Source: Acaryochloris marina MBIC11017
Lineage (GTDB): Bacteria; Cyanobacteriota; Cyanobacteriia; Thermosynechococcales; Thermosynechococcaceae
Assembly: GCF_000018105.1 (NCBI RefSeq)
Contig: NC_009926.1
Coordinates: forward strand, 150,001 to 182,000
Length of the DNA stretch: 32,000 nucleotides
Direction: 5' to 3'
The position numbers and the translations under genes are program-made. The notes beneath the pieces are model-generated. The model had not been told where the DNA came from, searched no databases, and saw only the letters and a list, made by a program, of their open reading frames with translations. Below are positions 1 through 8,826 of the stretch, one piece after another (the stretch's first letter is position 1; each line of letters begins with the position of its first letter).

Positions 1-735
1 GGTCAAGTGCAGGGCAGTCATTGGGATAGTCACCAAACCACAACTCTCAGTGCCAATCGGGGATGTTTAGGATTTAGTCCCGAAATTCGGGGTTGTCTAG
101 AATATGCGTCGGCTGAGCCCGTTCAATTGGTCAATATTGGGATTGATATCCATGAATTGGCTAGTGTTTTACATCACCCCGTTGAGATGCTGCCCTTGGC
201 GTTGCAGCACAGTCTGTTGGGGAACTCTCAGTGTCCCTATATCCAGCACTTCACCACGACGACCGCCTCACAAGTTGCCCTACAGCAGATTCTGAATTGT
301 CCCTACAATGGGTTGCCCCGTCGGCTCTATCTCGAAAGCCGGGTGATTGAGTTGCTAGCCCATCTGTTGCAGTCTCTCTCTCCGTCAACCGCGAGTTCCT
401 CCAAGCTGAGCCCCGATGATATTGAACGGATTTATGCTGCTAGTGAGATTCTCAAGCATCAGTTAGAGCATCCCCCGTCTCTTCTCCAGCTTGCTCATCA
501 AGTGGGGCTGAATGATTACAAACTGAAGTTAGGCTTTCGGGAAGTGTTCGATACGACCGCTTTTGGCTATCTCTGGTCTGTGCGTATGCAAGAAGCTGCC
601 TTGCTGCTCAAGCGCAATCGCATGGGGGTTACCGAAGTCGCTCTCTCAGTGGGATATTCCAGCGCTACTTCCTTCAGTGCTGCCTTCAAACGAAAATTTG
701 GCACCTCTCCCCAAAAATATCGACAACATTGCTGA
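1..735 (+). CDS. AraC/XylS-family transcriptional regulator, 5'-truncated by the window edge
   Basis: The frame is open from nt 1. The C-terminus has a double HTH (LAHQVGLNDYKLKLGFREVF...VALSVGYSSATSFSAAFKRKFGTSPQKYR). It shares CPY-G-L...LYLES-V-ELL with the full-length paralog at 29498-30505, so roughly 90 aa are probably missing upstream. Confidence 0.85.
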   Translation, partial: GQVQGSHWDSHQTTTLSANRGCLGFSPEIRGCLEYASAEPVQLVNIGIDIHELASVLHHPVEMLPLALQHSLLGNSQCPYIQHFTTTTASQVALQQILNCPYNGLPRRLYLESRVIELLAHLLQSLSPSTASSSKLSPDDIERIYAASEILKHQLEHPPSLLQLAHQVGLNDYKLKLGFREVFDTTAFGYLWSVRMQEAALLLKRNRMGVTEVALSVGYSSATSFSAAFKRKFGTSPQKYRQHC

Positions 736-740
736 GGTTT

Positions 741-771
741 AAATCCGTTTGAGAGAAACAAAAATCCGTTT
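741..771 (+). promoter_or_regulatory. Candidate AraC operator: two direct AAATCCGTTT repeats spaced 21 bp
   Basis: A perfect 10-mer occurs at 741-750 and 762-771, ending 91 bp before the ATG at 862. The same paired motif occurs at 4798-4827. Confidence 0.45.
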
Positions 772-823
772 CAAAGAGGACGGTACCCAGCATTCATGGG
801 TATCGTGGCCCTCAGTCTAACTT

Positions 824-842
824 GAGAATGATTCTTATTCTC
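824..842. promoter_or_regulatory. Fur-box-like palindrome GAGAATGATTCTTATTCTC
   Basis: GAGAAT and ATTCTC arms are separated by 7 nt. By eye it matches about 14 of 19 positions of the classical GATAATGATAATCATTATC box. It lies 20-38 bp upstream of the receptor ATG. A near-identical 15-mer sits at 30531-30545. Confidence 0.35.
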
Positions 843-861
843 TGGATTTGAGGTGGCACCT

Positions 862-3507
862 ATGAAACGGATCCCTTGGCATGGGCTGGCAGGGATGGCA
901 GGGATGGTTCTACTGCTGCAACCTGCCCAAGCAGCAGAACAGAGTGAAACAGAAACGCTCGAAATAGTCCCCCACCCGCCTAGCATATCCAGGTCCCCCA
1001 CCCTGCCGTTCCCCGCCGCTGCAGTCCCGATGATGGATCAACAGTCATCGCTGAAGGATCGGTTGGCTGCGGAACCGGACCCAGAGATTGCATCTACCGT
1101 CCAAATCACGGGGGTGGAGCTAGTGCCCACAGAAACGGGCCTCACCGTTAACCTGATTGGGGATACTCCGGCTGTGAGCGCTCCGACCGTTACCACCCAA
1201 GACCAAACGCTCACAGCCATCCTCGATAACACCGCTTTAGCTCTACCCGAAGGGAACAGCTTTGTCTCGGCGGATCCAGTCCCAGGCATTCGGCAAGTTT
1301 CTGTAACAGCGATCAGTGATCACCAAGTTCAAATCCAAATCATGGGGACCACGGCCCCTCCCACCGCCACCGTTATCACAACCGAGACCCAACTGGCACT
1401 TCAGGTCACTTCTGGTGAGGCGAATTCTCCAGAGAATGCAGATGCTTCAGAAAATGCAGATACTTCAGAGGACACAGAATTAGAAATTACGGTCACCGCT
1501 CAAAGACGTGAAGAAAACCCCCAAGATGTCCCGATTAGCCTGACGGTGCTGACAGAACCAGAAATCGAAGATGCAGATGTCACCTCCTTTGAGAAAGTGG
1601 CGGGTAATACCCCCAACTTTAATTGGTTCTCCCCCACAGACAGTCGCAGTTTCTCTTTCTACAGTGTTCGTGGATTGTCAAACTTTAACTTTGCTTCGCG
1701 AGATTCAGTGGGCTTCTTTGTGGATGATGTGCCCCTGGACTATGGTGGCACCCTGGAGAGTGACTTTCCTGACCTAGAGCGGGTTGAGATTTTGCGTGGC
1801 CCCCAGAATACGCTGTATGGGCGCAGTGCTCAGGCGGGGGTCGTTAACTTGATTACCCGCAAACCCACAAATGACTTTGAAGGCAATGCTGCCCTGAGTT
1901 TTGGTAGTGAGAATAACTTAAACCTGCGCGCCGGTATCAGTGGTCCACTGATTGAGGATGCACTGTTCTTTCGACTGGCAGGAACCTTTGGGCGACGAGA
2001 TGGCTTTTATAACAACTTGTTCCTAGACGGGGAAGAGTTTGATGAGAAATTAGGAGGAAACATCCGCGGCAAGCTGTTATGGACACCTTCTGACCGCTGG
2101 GAGATTTCATTTAATGCTTTTTATGAGAATAATCAAGACGGTACCTATCCGTTTGTCCCCCTTGATGACACCCCCTTTGAAATCGAGCAAGATTTTAATG
2201 GTTTCAATACGCTCAAGACCAATAGTCAGGCCTTGAAGATTATCTATCGTGACGATAATGTTCAAGCCACGTCCATTAGTACCCGTCGATTCTCAGAATT
2301 TAATGTACAAACGGATCTCGATCAGTCCACGATCGATGGGGGCTTTTTTGAAAACGATAACGCTTCAACCATCTTTTCCCAAGAACTACGGATCCAATCA
2401 CCGGATGATTCTGAGTCGCGTTGGCAATGGTTAATTGGGGGTTACTTTGAATCCCGGACCTTTGATGAAAATGGTCGGGGGGTCAGACTTGGAAATGATG
2501 CAGGATTAATTTTGCCTGCCCCCCTCAACGTGCCAGGAGCCAGAACAGAAAGCTTTGGGGAGTTGGTGGATACCACCTTTGCTGGTTTTGGGCAGGTCAG
2601 CTATCGTCCGGTTGACGCCTTAAGATTAACCGTGGGGCTGCGGTATGAAAATGTCAGTAGCGTTCTGAATTCCTTGCGTCAGGTTCTGACCTTTCCCGGT
2701 GCACCCCCCATCCCGTTGGGGAACTTTGATGGGACAGAACAAACGAGCACTGCTCTGCTGCCTCGATTTGCCATCGATTACCAACTGAGTCCGAATGCCA
2801 CCGTTTATGGCACCGTGGCGAGAGGCTTCCGACCCGGTGGGGTAAATATTTTTGCTGATGATGCAACATCCCTGGTCTATGAGCCAGAGCGATCGTGGAA
2901 TTTTGAGGTGGGGGTCAAATCCAACTGGCTCGATAACCGTTTAGGCATTAATCTCTCTCTCTTTACCAACTCGATTGAAGACTATCAAGTGATAACGGTT
3001 GACCCCATTACCTTTACACCGGTCGGAATTTTTAATGGGGATGCCAATGTGAAGGGTCTGGAACTAGAAATGCGAGCCACTCCAGTTGAAGGACTCGACC
3101 TCACGGCCAGTTTAGGTCTGCTAGACGCTGAATTTACAGATTTTACGGATGTGGCTACTGGCACTGATTTTACGGGCAATCGCCTGCCCTATTCGCCCAG
3201 TTTTACTTTCAATGTGGCTGCCCAGTATCGCAGTTCCTTTGGTCTATTTGTGCGGGGGGAAGTGCAGGGGGTTGGAGAGACCTTCTTTGAAGAAGCTAAC
3301 GCCCAAAATATTAGGCAGGGGGCTTATGTGTTGGTGAATGCTCGCCTTGGCTACGAATTTGGCAGTTCTGGTATCTTTCTGTTTGCCAATAACCTATTTG
3401 ATACGCGCTATGTCACTCAAGCTTTTAATTTGGGCGTGGCTGGCGTTGCTTCAGGCAGTTATGGTACCCCTCGCACCTTTGGGGTGCAATTTAGAACTCG
3501 GTTTTAG
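862..3507 (+). CDS. TonB-dependent outer-membrane receptor with an AMIN-like N-terminal extension
   Basis: Signal peptide ...LLLQPAQA. AMIN-like segment VQITGVELVPTETGLTVNL...VQIQIMG. Plug onset ITVTAQRREENPQDVPISLTVLT. Beta-barrel with terminal ...GVQFRTRF. GAGG lies 9 nt before the ATG at 862, and GTG 853 is an alternative start. Confidence 0.9.
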   Translation: MKRIPWHGLAGMAGMVLLLQPAQAAEQSETETLEIVPHPPSISRSPTLPFPAAAVPMMDQQSSLKDRLAAEPDPEIASTVQITGVELVPTETGLTVNLIGDTPAVSAPTVTTQDQTLTAILDNTALALPEGNSFVSADPVPGIRQVSVTAISDHQVQIQIMGTTAPPTATVITTETQLALQVTSGEANSPENADASENADTSEDTELEITVTAQRREENPQDVPISLTVLTEPEIEDADVTSFEKVAGNTPNFNWFSPTDSRSFSFYSVRGLSNFNFASRDSVGFFVDDVPLDYGGTLESDFPDLERVEILRGPQNTLYGRSAQAGVVNLITRKPTNDFEGNAALSFGSENNLNLRAGISGPLIEDALFFRLAGTFGRRDGFYNNLFLDGEEFDEKLGGNIRGKLLWTPSDRWEISFNAFYENNQDGTYPFVPLDDTPFEIEQDFNGFNTLKTNSQALKIIYRDDNVQATSISTRRFSEFNVQTDLDQSTIDGGFFENDNASTIFSQELRIQSPDDSESRWQWLIGGYFESRTFDENGRGVRLGNDAGLILPAPLNVPGARTESFGELVDTTFAGFGQVSYRPVDALRLTVGLRYENVSSVLNSLRQVLTFPGAPPIPLGNFDGTEQTSTALLPRFAIDYQLSPNATVYGTVARGFRPGGVNIFADDATSLVYEPERSWNFEVGVKSNWLDNRLGINLSLFTNSIEDYQVITVDPITFTPVGIFNGDANVKGLELEMRATPVEGLDLTASLGLLDAEFTDFTDVATGTDFTGNRLPYSPSFTFNVAAQYRSSFGLFVRGEVQGVGETFFEEANAQNIRQGAYVLVNARLGYEFGSSGIFLFANNLFDTRYVTQAFNLGVAGVASGSYGTPRTFGVQFRTRF

Positions 3508-3512
3508 ACACA

Positions 3513-4763
3513 ATGGCTAATCGCTTCTCTCAATTGGGGCTGTTGGGCAGTTTATACACGGCTCAGTTGATTCCCAATATGTTTTTCACCGTGGCGCTGC
3601 CGGTCTATCTCCGCAGTCGAGGCGCTTCCCTAGAAACAGTGAGCCTGCTCAGCTTGCTGTTTTTGCCCTGGTGCTTCAAGTTTCTTTGGTCTCCGCTGGT
3701 GGATCGCTATGGGTACACCCGTTGGGGGCACTATCGCGCCTGGATCTTTGGTACCCAATCCATTGCCGCTGTCTTAATCGTTATTTGTGCACTTTTTGAT
3801 GTACAGGCCCACCTCGGTAGTCTCGTGGGTTTGATGCTCTTGATTACGTTTTTCTGCGCCACACAGGACATTGCCACCGATGCGTTTGCAGTGGGACTAT
3901 TGCCCGTTGGCGATCGCGAAGTCGGTAACGGCATCCAGTCGATGGGGGGCTATCTTGGCTCCATTATTGGAGCCGGGGGGATGTTGGTTTTACTAGACCA
4001 CTGGGCCTGGACCCCCACGATGCTGCTGCTGGCAGTGGTAATGATCCTCTCCATGATGCCAATGCTAGGGGTACAAGAGCGTTCAGTTCCTTCACCCGCT
4101 GCACCTGAACCAGCATCTATATGGCGCTACTATGGCCAGCAATTTTCTGCATTTTGTCAGCGACCCGGCATGAAGTCTTGGTTACTGCTGCTGGTTCTAT
4201 ATGCCACAGGTGGCTCGATGGGCTACACCATGCTGCAGCCATTGATGGTGGATTTGGGGCTGTCCCTTGGGCACATCGGTTGGCTTTTAGGTATTGTGGG
4301 TTCTGGTGCCGGGATAGGGGGTGCGATCGCAGCCATCCCTTTGATCCGCAGGCTTAGTCGTAAGTGGGCGCTAAGTGCGATCGCCATTCTGCAGGCGATT
4401 GTGTTGCTAGGATGTCTACTCCCTGCTCTGGGGCTTCAACAGACCGTGGTCCCTGTGGTGATTCTGTTTCATGTCGGCTTAGGGTTCGCCAGCACCATCA
4501 TGCACACGACATTTATGGATCGGACCACTCCAACCACTGCTGGATTCGACTACAGCTTCCAGTCTTCGGTCTCCTATATTGGCGGTATCGGTGCGGCTGC
4601 CATCAGCGGTCTATTGGTGACCCATATGGGCTACCCATTATTTTTTGGCTTGTGCAGCCTGTTGTCTCTTCTCAGTATTGCTGTCATTTATGGGTGTTTA
4701 GGCAATATTGAGCCTCAAAGTCCGATCTTAAACCCGGCCGAAGTTGCATCTGGGCAACGTTAG
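3513..4763 (+). CDS. MFS permease, AmpG-like, probably RhtX/FptX-type siderophore transporter
   Basis: 416 aa with multiple TM segments. It has the AmpG/FptX-type motif LPWCFKFLWSPLVDRYG. It starts 5 bp after the receptor stop, in a siderophore gene context. Confidence 0.65.
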   Translation: MANRFSQLGLLGSLYTAQLIPNMFFTVALPVYLRSRGASLETVSLLSLLFLPWCFKFLWSPLVDRYGYTRWGHYRAWIFGTQSIAAVLIVICALFDVQAHLGSLVGLMLLITFFCATQDIATDAFAVGLLPVGDREVGNGIQSMGGYLGSIIGAGGMLVLLDHWAWTPTMLLLAVVMILSMMPMLGVQERSVPSPAAPEPASIWRYYGQQFSAFCQRPGMKSWLLLLVLYATGGSMGYTMLQPLMVDLGLSLGHIGWLLGIVGSGAGIGGAIAAIPLIRRLSRKWALSAIAILQAIVLLGCLLPALGLQQTVVPVVILFHVGLGFASTIMHTTFMDRTTPTTAGFDYSFQSSVSYIGGIGAAAISGLLVTHMGYPLFFGLCSLLSLLSIAVIYGCLGNIEPQSPILNPAEVASGQR

Positions 4764-4797
4764 CAGACCAAGGCTCTATCGCCCTGGCAGCAGCTTG

Positions 4798-4827
4798 ATC
4801 CGTTTGCGATAGGGAAAAATCCGTTTG
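4798..4827 (+). promoter_or_regulatory. Candidate AraC operator: two ATCCGTTTG repeats spaced 21 bp
   Basis: ATCCGTTTG occurs at 4798-4806 and 4819-4827. The second copy is AAAAATCCGTTT, as at 760-771. The pair ends 96 bp before the ATG at 4923. Confidence 0.45.
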
Positions 4828-4922
4828 CCGCAGGCGCTCTCCCACCTCCTTCCCTACAATATTTTTCAAGTCATCAGCGGCTGCTTCATCTCTCTTTTTA
4901 CAGTTCTCTTCTTTACAGGTAT

Positions 4923-6692
4923 ATGAGTTCTCTTTTTGCGCAGGCCCCGGCTGGATTATGGGCCTTGATTGCCCCTGTGCGGGGCAGAATTGGGGTTGCG
5001 ATCTCACTAGCAATCGGCAGTGCAACGACTACGGTGCTAGCCCTGGCTGGAATAGCTACCCTGATCCAACGCTTGCTCTTGGCAGACGCCAGTTTGGCTG
5101 ATGTGGGGGTAAGAGGATTAGCTGTTGCGATCGCACTAGCGATATCCGTTTTCTGTCGGGCCTGGGCCTTTCGCCTCTCCCATTTAGCGGCCTTTGACTT
5201 GGAAGCATTACTGCGGACAGAACTGACCCAGCATTTAGCCCAGGTGCCCCTGGGATTTGCGATTACAACGGGGTCGGGGGCCATTAAAAAAGTGGTCCAG
5301 GACGATGTCAAAGCCCTCCATGCCTTTGTGGCCGATACCACTCCACTGATCGGCCTTGCCCTAACGACGCCTATTCTAGCTCTGGTAATTTTGCTGGTGG
5401 CCGACTGGCAGATGACGGTGGCCTCCCTGGCGATCTTGCCCGTAGGTCTGATTTGTCTTTCTCTGGCGACCCAAGATCAGGCCCAACGACGGCAACAATA
5501 TGACGAGGCTAATGAACAGATCAATGCCACGGTGATTGAGTTTGTTCAGGGGATGCAAGTCGTCCGTTTATTTGATGATGGCACTAGCTCCTTTGCCCGC
5601 TATCGGTCCACCCTAGACACGTTTACTCAGACCCTAAAGGACTGGACAGCAGCGACCGAAAAGCCGGGTCGAGCCGGTGAGCTGATGTTTGGCCCTTTAC
5701 CCGTCTTACTCGTGGTGGCTGTGATCGGGAGTTATGGCGTTCGCCAAGGAGATCTCACCTTACCGACGCTGCTGCTCTTTCTCTTGCTGGCCCCGCAAAT
5801 CAATAGTGCTTTTAAGCCGATCTTGACCCTGTCTTTATTTATCAATCAATCTCAAGCCAGTGCTTTGCGGATTTGCAAGCTGTTGGCTGAGCCCATCCTA
5901 CCCTTACCCAGCCAGCCCCAAAGGCCCAAGGATGCCTCCCTGCAACTGCAACAGGTTAGCTTTGCCTATGGGGATCGTCTGGCTCTGGATCAAATTTCTT
6001 TGGACTGTTCCCCTGGCTCCGTGACCGCCCTTGTGGGGCCATCGGGGGCTGGCAAATCCACCCTAGCGCGACTGATTCCTCGATTTTGGGATGTTACGGA
6101 GGGAGCCATTCGGATTGGGGGAGTAGATATTCGCGAGATGACTGAAGCAGAGCTGATGTCGTGGGTGGCCTTTGTCTTTCAGGAAACTTTTTTGGTCCAT
6201 GACACGATTCGTGCCAATATCTGCTTAGGGGCTACAGACGCGAGTGAGGCCCAAGTTGTCGCTGCGGCTCAAGCGGCTCAGGCCCATGATTTTATTCTGG
6301 CCCTTCCCCAGGGATACGACACGGTTGCTGGGGAGCGAGGTACCAGCCTGTCTGGAGGACAGCGCCAGCGCATTACCCTGGCCCGAGCCTTACTGCAAAA
6401 TCGCCCCATCGTTATTCTGGACGAGGCAACTGCCTTTGCGGATCCAGAGAATGGAGTGTTGATTCACCGTGCGATCTCAACCCTGACTCGCAACAAAACG
6501 GTGATTATCATTGCCCACCGGCTCACCACCATCCAATCTGCTGATCAAATCGTGGTCCTCGATCAGGGCCAAATCGTAGAGCAAGGTCAACACCCTCAGC
6601 TCCTTGCCCAGCAGGGCCTCTATGCCCAGCTCTGGTCTCACCATCAACGTGCTCAAAATTGGCAGCTCAGTGCCAAGGTGCCCCATGGTTAA
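4923..6692 (+). CDS. Fused TMD-NBD ABC half-transporter (exporter fold; YbtP/PchH/IrtA-like context)
   Basis: N-terminal TM domain, Walker A GPSGAGKST, signature LSGGQRQR, Walker B ILDEAT. Confidence 0.85.
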   Translation: MSSLFAQAPAGLWALIAPVRGRIGVAISLAIGSATTTVLALAGIATLIQRLLLADASLADVGVRGLAVAIALAISVFCRAWAFRLSHLAAFDLEALLRTELTQHLAQVPLGFAITTGSGAIKKVVQDDVKALHAFVADTTPLIGLALTTPILALVILLVADWQMTVASLAILPVGLICLSLATQDQAQRRQQYDEANEQINATVIEFVQGMQVVRLFDDGTSSFARYRSTLDTFTQTLKDWTAATEKPGRAGELMFGPLPVLLVVAVIGSYGVRQGDLTLPTLLLFLLLAPQINSAFKPILTLSLFINQSQASALRICKLLAEPILPLPSQPQRPKDASLQLQQVSFAYGDRLALDQISLDCSPGSVTALVGPSGAGKSTLARLIPRFWDVTEGAIRIGGVDIREMTEAELMSWVAFVFQETFLVHDTIRANICLGATDASEAQVVAAAQAAQAHDFILALPQGYDTVAGERGTSLSGGQRQRITLARALLQNRPIVILDEATAFADPENGVLIHRAISTLTRNKTVIIIAHRLTTIQSADQIVVLDQGQIVEQGQHPQLLAQQGLYAQLWSHHQRAQNWQLSAKVPHG

Positions 6693-8400
6693 TCTTTATC
6701 GCACCCTGATCAAAGTTGCTGGGTCCTATGCCCCCCAACTCCAGCGATCTCTGGGGCTGTCCTTACTGGCCTCGATCATACAGGGATGTACCTTAGCGCT
6801 ATTGTTTCCGCTTCTGGATGCCCTAGCTTCGTTTCAAGAGCAACTCCCTGGACGCTTACTGGTGCTGATGGCAGGGGGAACCGTCTTAGAAGCGCTTTTG
6901 CGGTGGCGGGAGCTAGATTTTGGCTGGCGGACCTCCATTGAGGTCACCCATGAGCTGCGAATTCGATTGGGAGAGCAGCTTCGCCAGATGCCCCAAGAAG
7001 ACCTAAATCGTTATCAGTCCGGCGATCTCAATCTTATCCTCAGCAGTGATGTGGCCGATTTGGTGTTGTGGATGGGCAGTATTGTCTCCCTGATTCTTCA
7101 GGCGATTGTGGTTCCCAGTACCCTAGTGTTGGTGACGCTCTGGGTAGATTGGCGGCTGGCCATTGCCCTTTTGATCACGCTTCCAGGCGCGATTCCCTTC
7201 TACCGTCAACTGCGCCGCCATGCTGCGACAGAAATGCCCCAGATGGCCCAGGCAGATGCCATCGCCACCTCTCGGCTGATCGAATATGTTCAGGGACTCC
7301 CTGTCCTCCGTGCCCACCAGCAAGTGGGGCAACAGTCCGATAGACTCCAAGCAGCTCTCCAGCATCAACGTCAGATACAGATTGACAGCCAAGATCGCAC
7401 GACTCGGCCTACCTTGCTGTTAGCCGGAATGGTACAAGCCAGTCTGTGCTTGATCCTCAGTTTAGGAATATCACTGGTTTGGCTGCAGGACCTAAAGATT
7501 TCGACTCTCATGGCCATCATCGTGATTGTGGTCTGTTGTAGCGACCCTCTCACTTACCTGGCGGGTTTAACCACGCTCTTTGATCTGATGGAAAGTGCCC
7601 TAGAACGGGTTGAACATCTGATGGCCATTTGTCCCTTACCCGTTGCCCCAAAGCCAAAAATAATCACCGACTATACCATCACCTTTGACCATGTCTATTT
7701 CCGGTATCGTGGCCAGGAGAACTGGATCCTCAACGATGTGTCTCTTGAACTGCCTGAACGCAGCTTTACCGCTCTTGTAGGTCCATCCGGTAGCGGTAAG
7801 ACCACCATTGCGAGACTGATCAGTCGCTATGCCGATCCTCAATCTGGAACCCTGGCGATGGGTGGGGTAAATCTGCAGACCCTATCACCTGCCATCTTGA
7901 TGCCTCACCTTGCTGCCGTTTTTCAAGACGTGTATCTGTTTAATGACACCATCTACAACAATATTCGGATGGCCAAACCGGTAGCCAGCGATGCTGATGT
8001 GATCGCCGCTGCCAAAATCGCGAATTGTCATGGGTTAATTCAACGCTTTCCCCAGGGTTATCACACCCGAGTGGGAGAAGTGGGCGGCGCACTGTCTGGG
8101 GGGGAACGTCAGCGGATCTCGATTGCCCGCGCTATCCTCAAGGATGCGCCCATTATTCTGCTAGACGAACCCACCTCTGCCCTGGATGCTGAGAGCGAAG
8201 TGCTGGTTCAACATGCGATCGATCGGTTAGTCGCAGACAAAACGGTGGTGGTGATTGCCCATCGACTATCAACGATTGTCGGCGCTGATCAAATTTTGGT
8301 GGTGCAAGCCGGCAAAATCATTGAGCGAGGCACTCATTCGGAATTGCTAAACCAGAAGGGGGCCTATAGCCAAATGTGGTGGAGTCAACAGCCCCAATAG
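6685..8400 (+). CDS. Fused TMD-NBD ABC half-transporter, partner subunit
   Basis: The ATG at 6685 overlaps the upstream TAA (6690-6692) by 8 nt. Walker A GPSGSGKTT, signature LSGGERQR, Walker B LLDEPT. The ORF-track start at 6604 lies inside the upstream gene and is unlikely. Confidence 0.85.
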   Translation: MVNLYRTLIKVAGSYAPQLQRSLGLSLLASIIQGCTLALLFPLLDALASFQEQLPGRLLVLMAGGTVLEALLRWRELDFGWRTSIEVTHELRIRLGEQLRQMPQEDLNRYQSGDLNLILSSDVADLVLWMGSIVSLILQAIVVPSTLVLVTLWVDWRLAIALLITLPGAIPFYRQLRRHAATEMPQMAQADAIATSRLIEYVQGLPVLRAHQQVGQQSDRLQAALQHQRQIQIDSQDRTTRPTLLLAGMVQASLCLILSLGISLVWLQDLKISTLMAIIVIVVCCSDPLTYLAGLTTLFDLMESALERVEHLMAICPLPVAPKPKIITDYTITFDHVYFRYRGQENWILNDVSLELPERSFTALVGPSGSGKTTIARLISRYADPQSGTLAMGGVNLQTLSPAILMPHLAAVFQDVYLFNDTIYNNIRMAKPVASDADVIAAAKIANCHGLIQRFPQGYHTRVGEVGGALSGGERQRISIARAILKDAPIILLDEPTSALDAESEVLVQHAIDRLVADKTVVVIAHRLSTIVGADQILVVQAGKIIERGTHSELLNQKGAYSQMWWSQQPQ

Positions 8401-8826
8401 CAGTATCGATACGTCACCGCAGGGAAGGAATGACGAGCTATTTTCTCAAGGGCGAGTCCAGCAATCTACGGTTGTCGTTCAGCAGTAATAAAATCCACAT
8501 TTCGCAGGTTAGGTTCTGAAAATTGGCAATTAAATCTAGACTGTTTTTGAAGTGTGAACACGCATAGATTTGGAGCAAAAACCCCAAGTTCTGATCAATC
8601 TCTGTGGACATTACAGATCAAGTGGCTGTTATGAGGGGTTCAACTTAGCCGAATGGCCATAATTTTCAAATTATTGAATTGACAAGTCAACCTGTGGAAT
8701 GTCCGTCTATCGATAGAGATGCTAATGTAAACCCAGAAAGACTTTTCTGAGGCAGACAAACAATTAGCTCGTTTCAGGTTTGTAGGACATTAACCTTCTG
8801 ACTAATCGCTAGTCGGACCGAAACGG

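Noticed and set aside
888-905. 9-bp tandem duplication GGCAGGGAT x2 in the receptor signal peptide (GLAGMAGM).
   Set aside because: It is in frame and lies in the tolerant n/h-region of the signal peptide. It is probably a trivial slippage duplication.
771-1289. Minus-strand ORFs 771-1001 and 1038-1289. Many similar 60-140 aa antisense or alternative-frame ORFs lie inside the receptor, ABC and MFS genes (for example 4913-5341, 7123-7392, 18844-19272, 28720-28962).
   Set aside because: They lie fully within well-supported long CDSs, have low-complexity or biased composition and no recognisable motifs. They are typical shadow ORFs.
6604-6684. Upstream extension of the second ABC gene, from the ORF-track start at 6604.
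   Set aside because: It would overlap the upstream gene by 89 nt. The ATG at 6685 gives the family-typical N-terminus and an 8-nt stop/start overlap.
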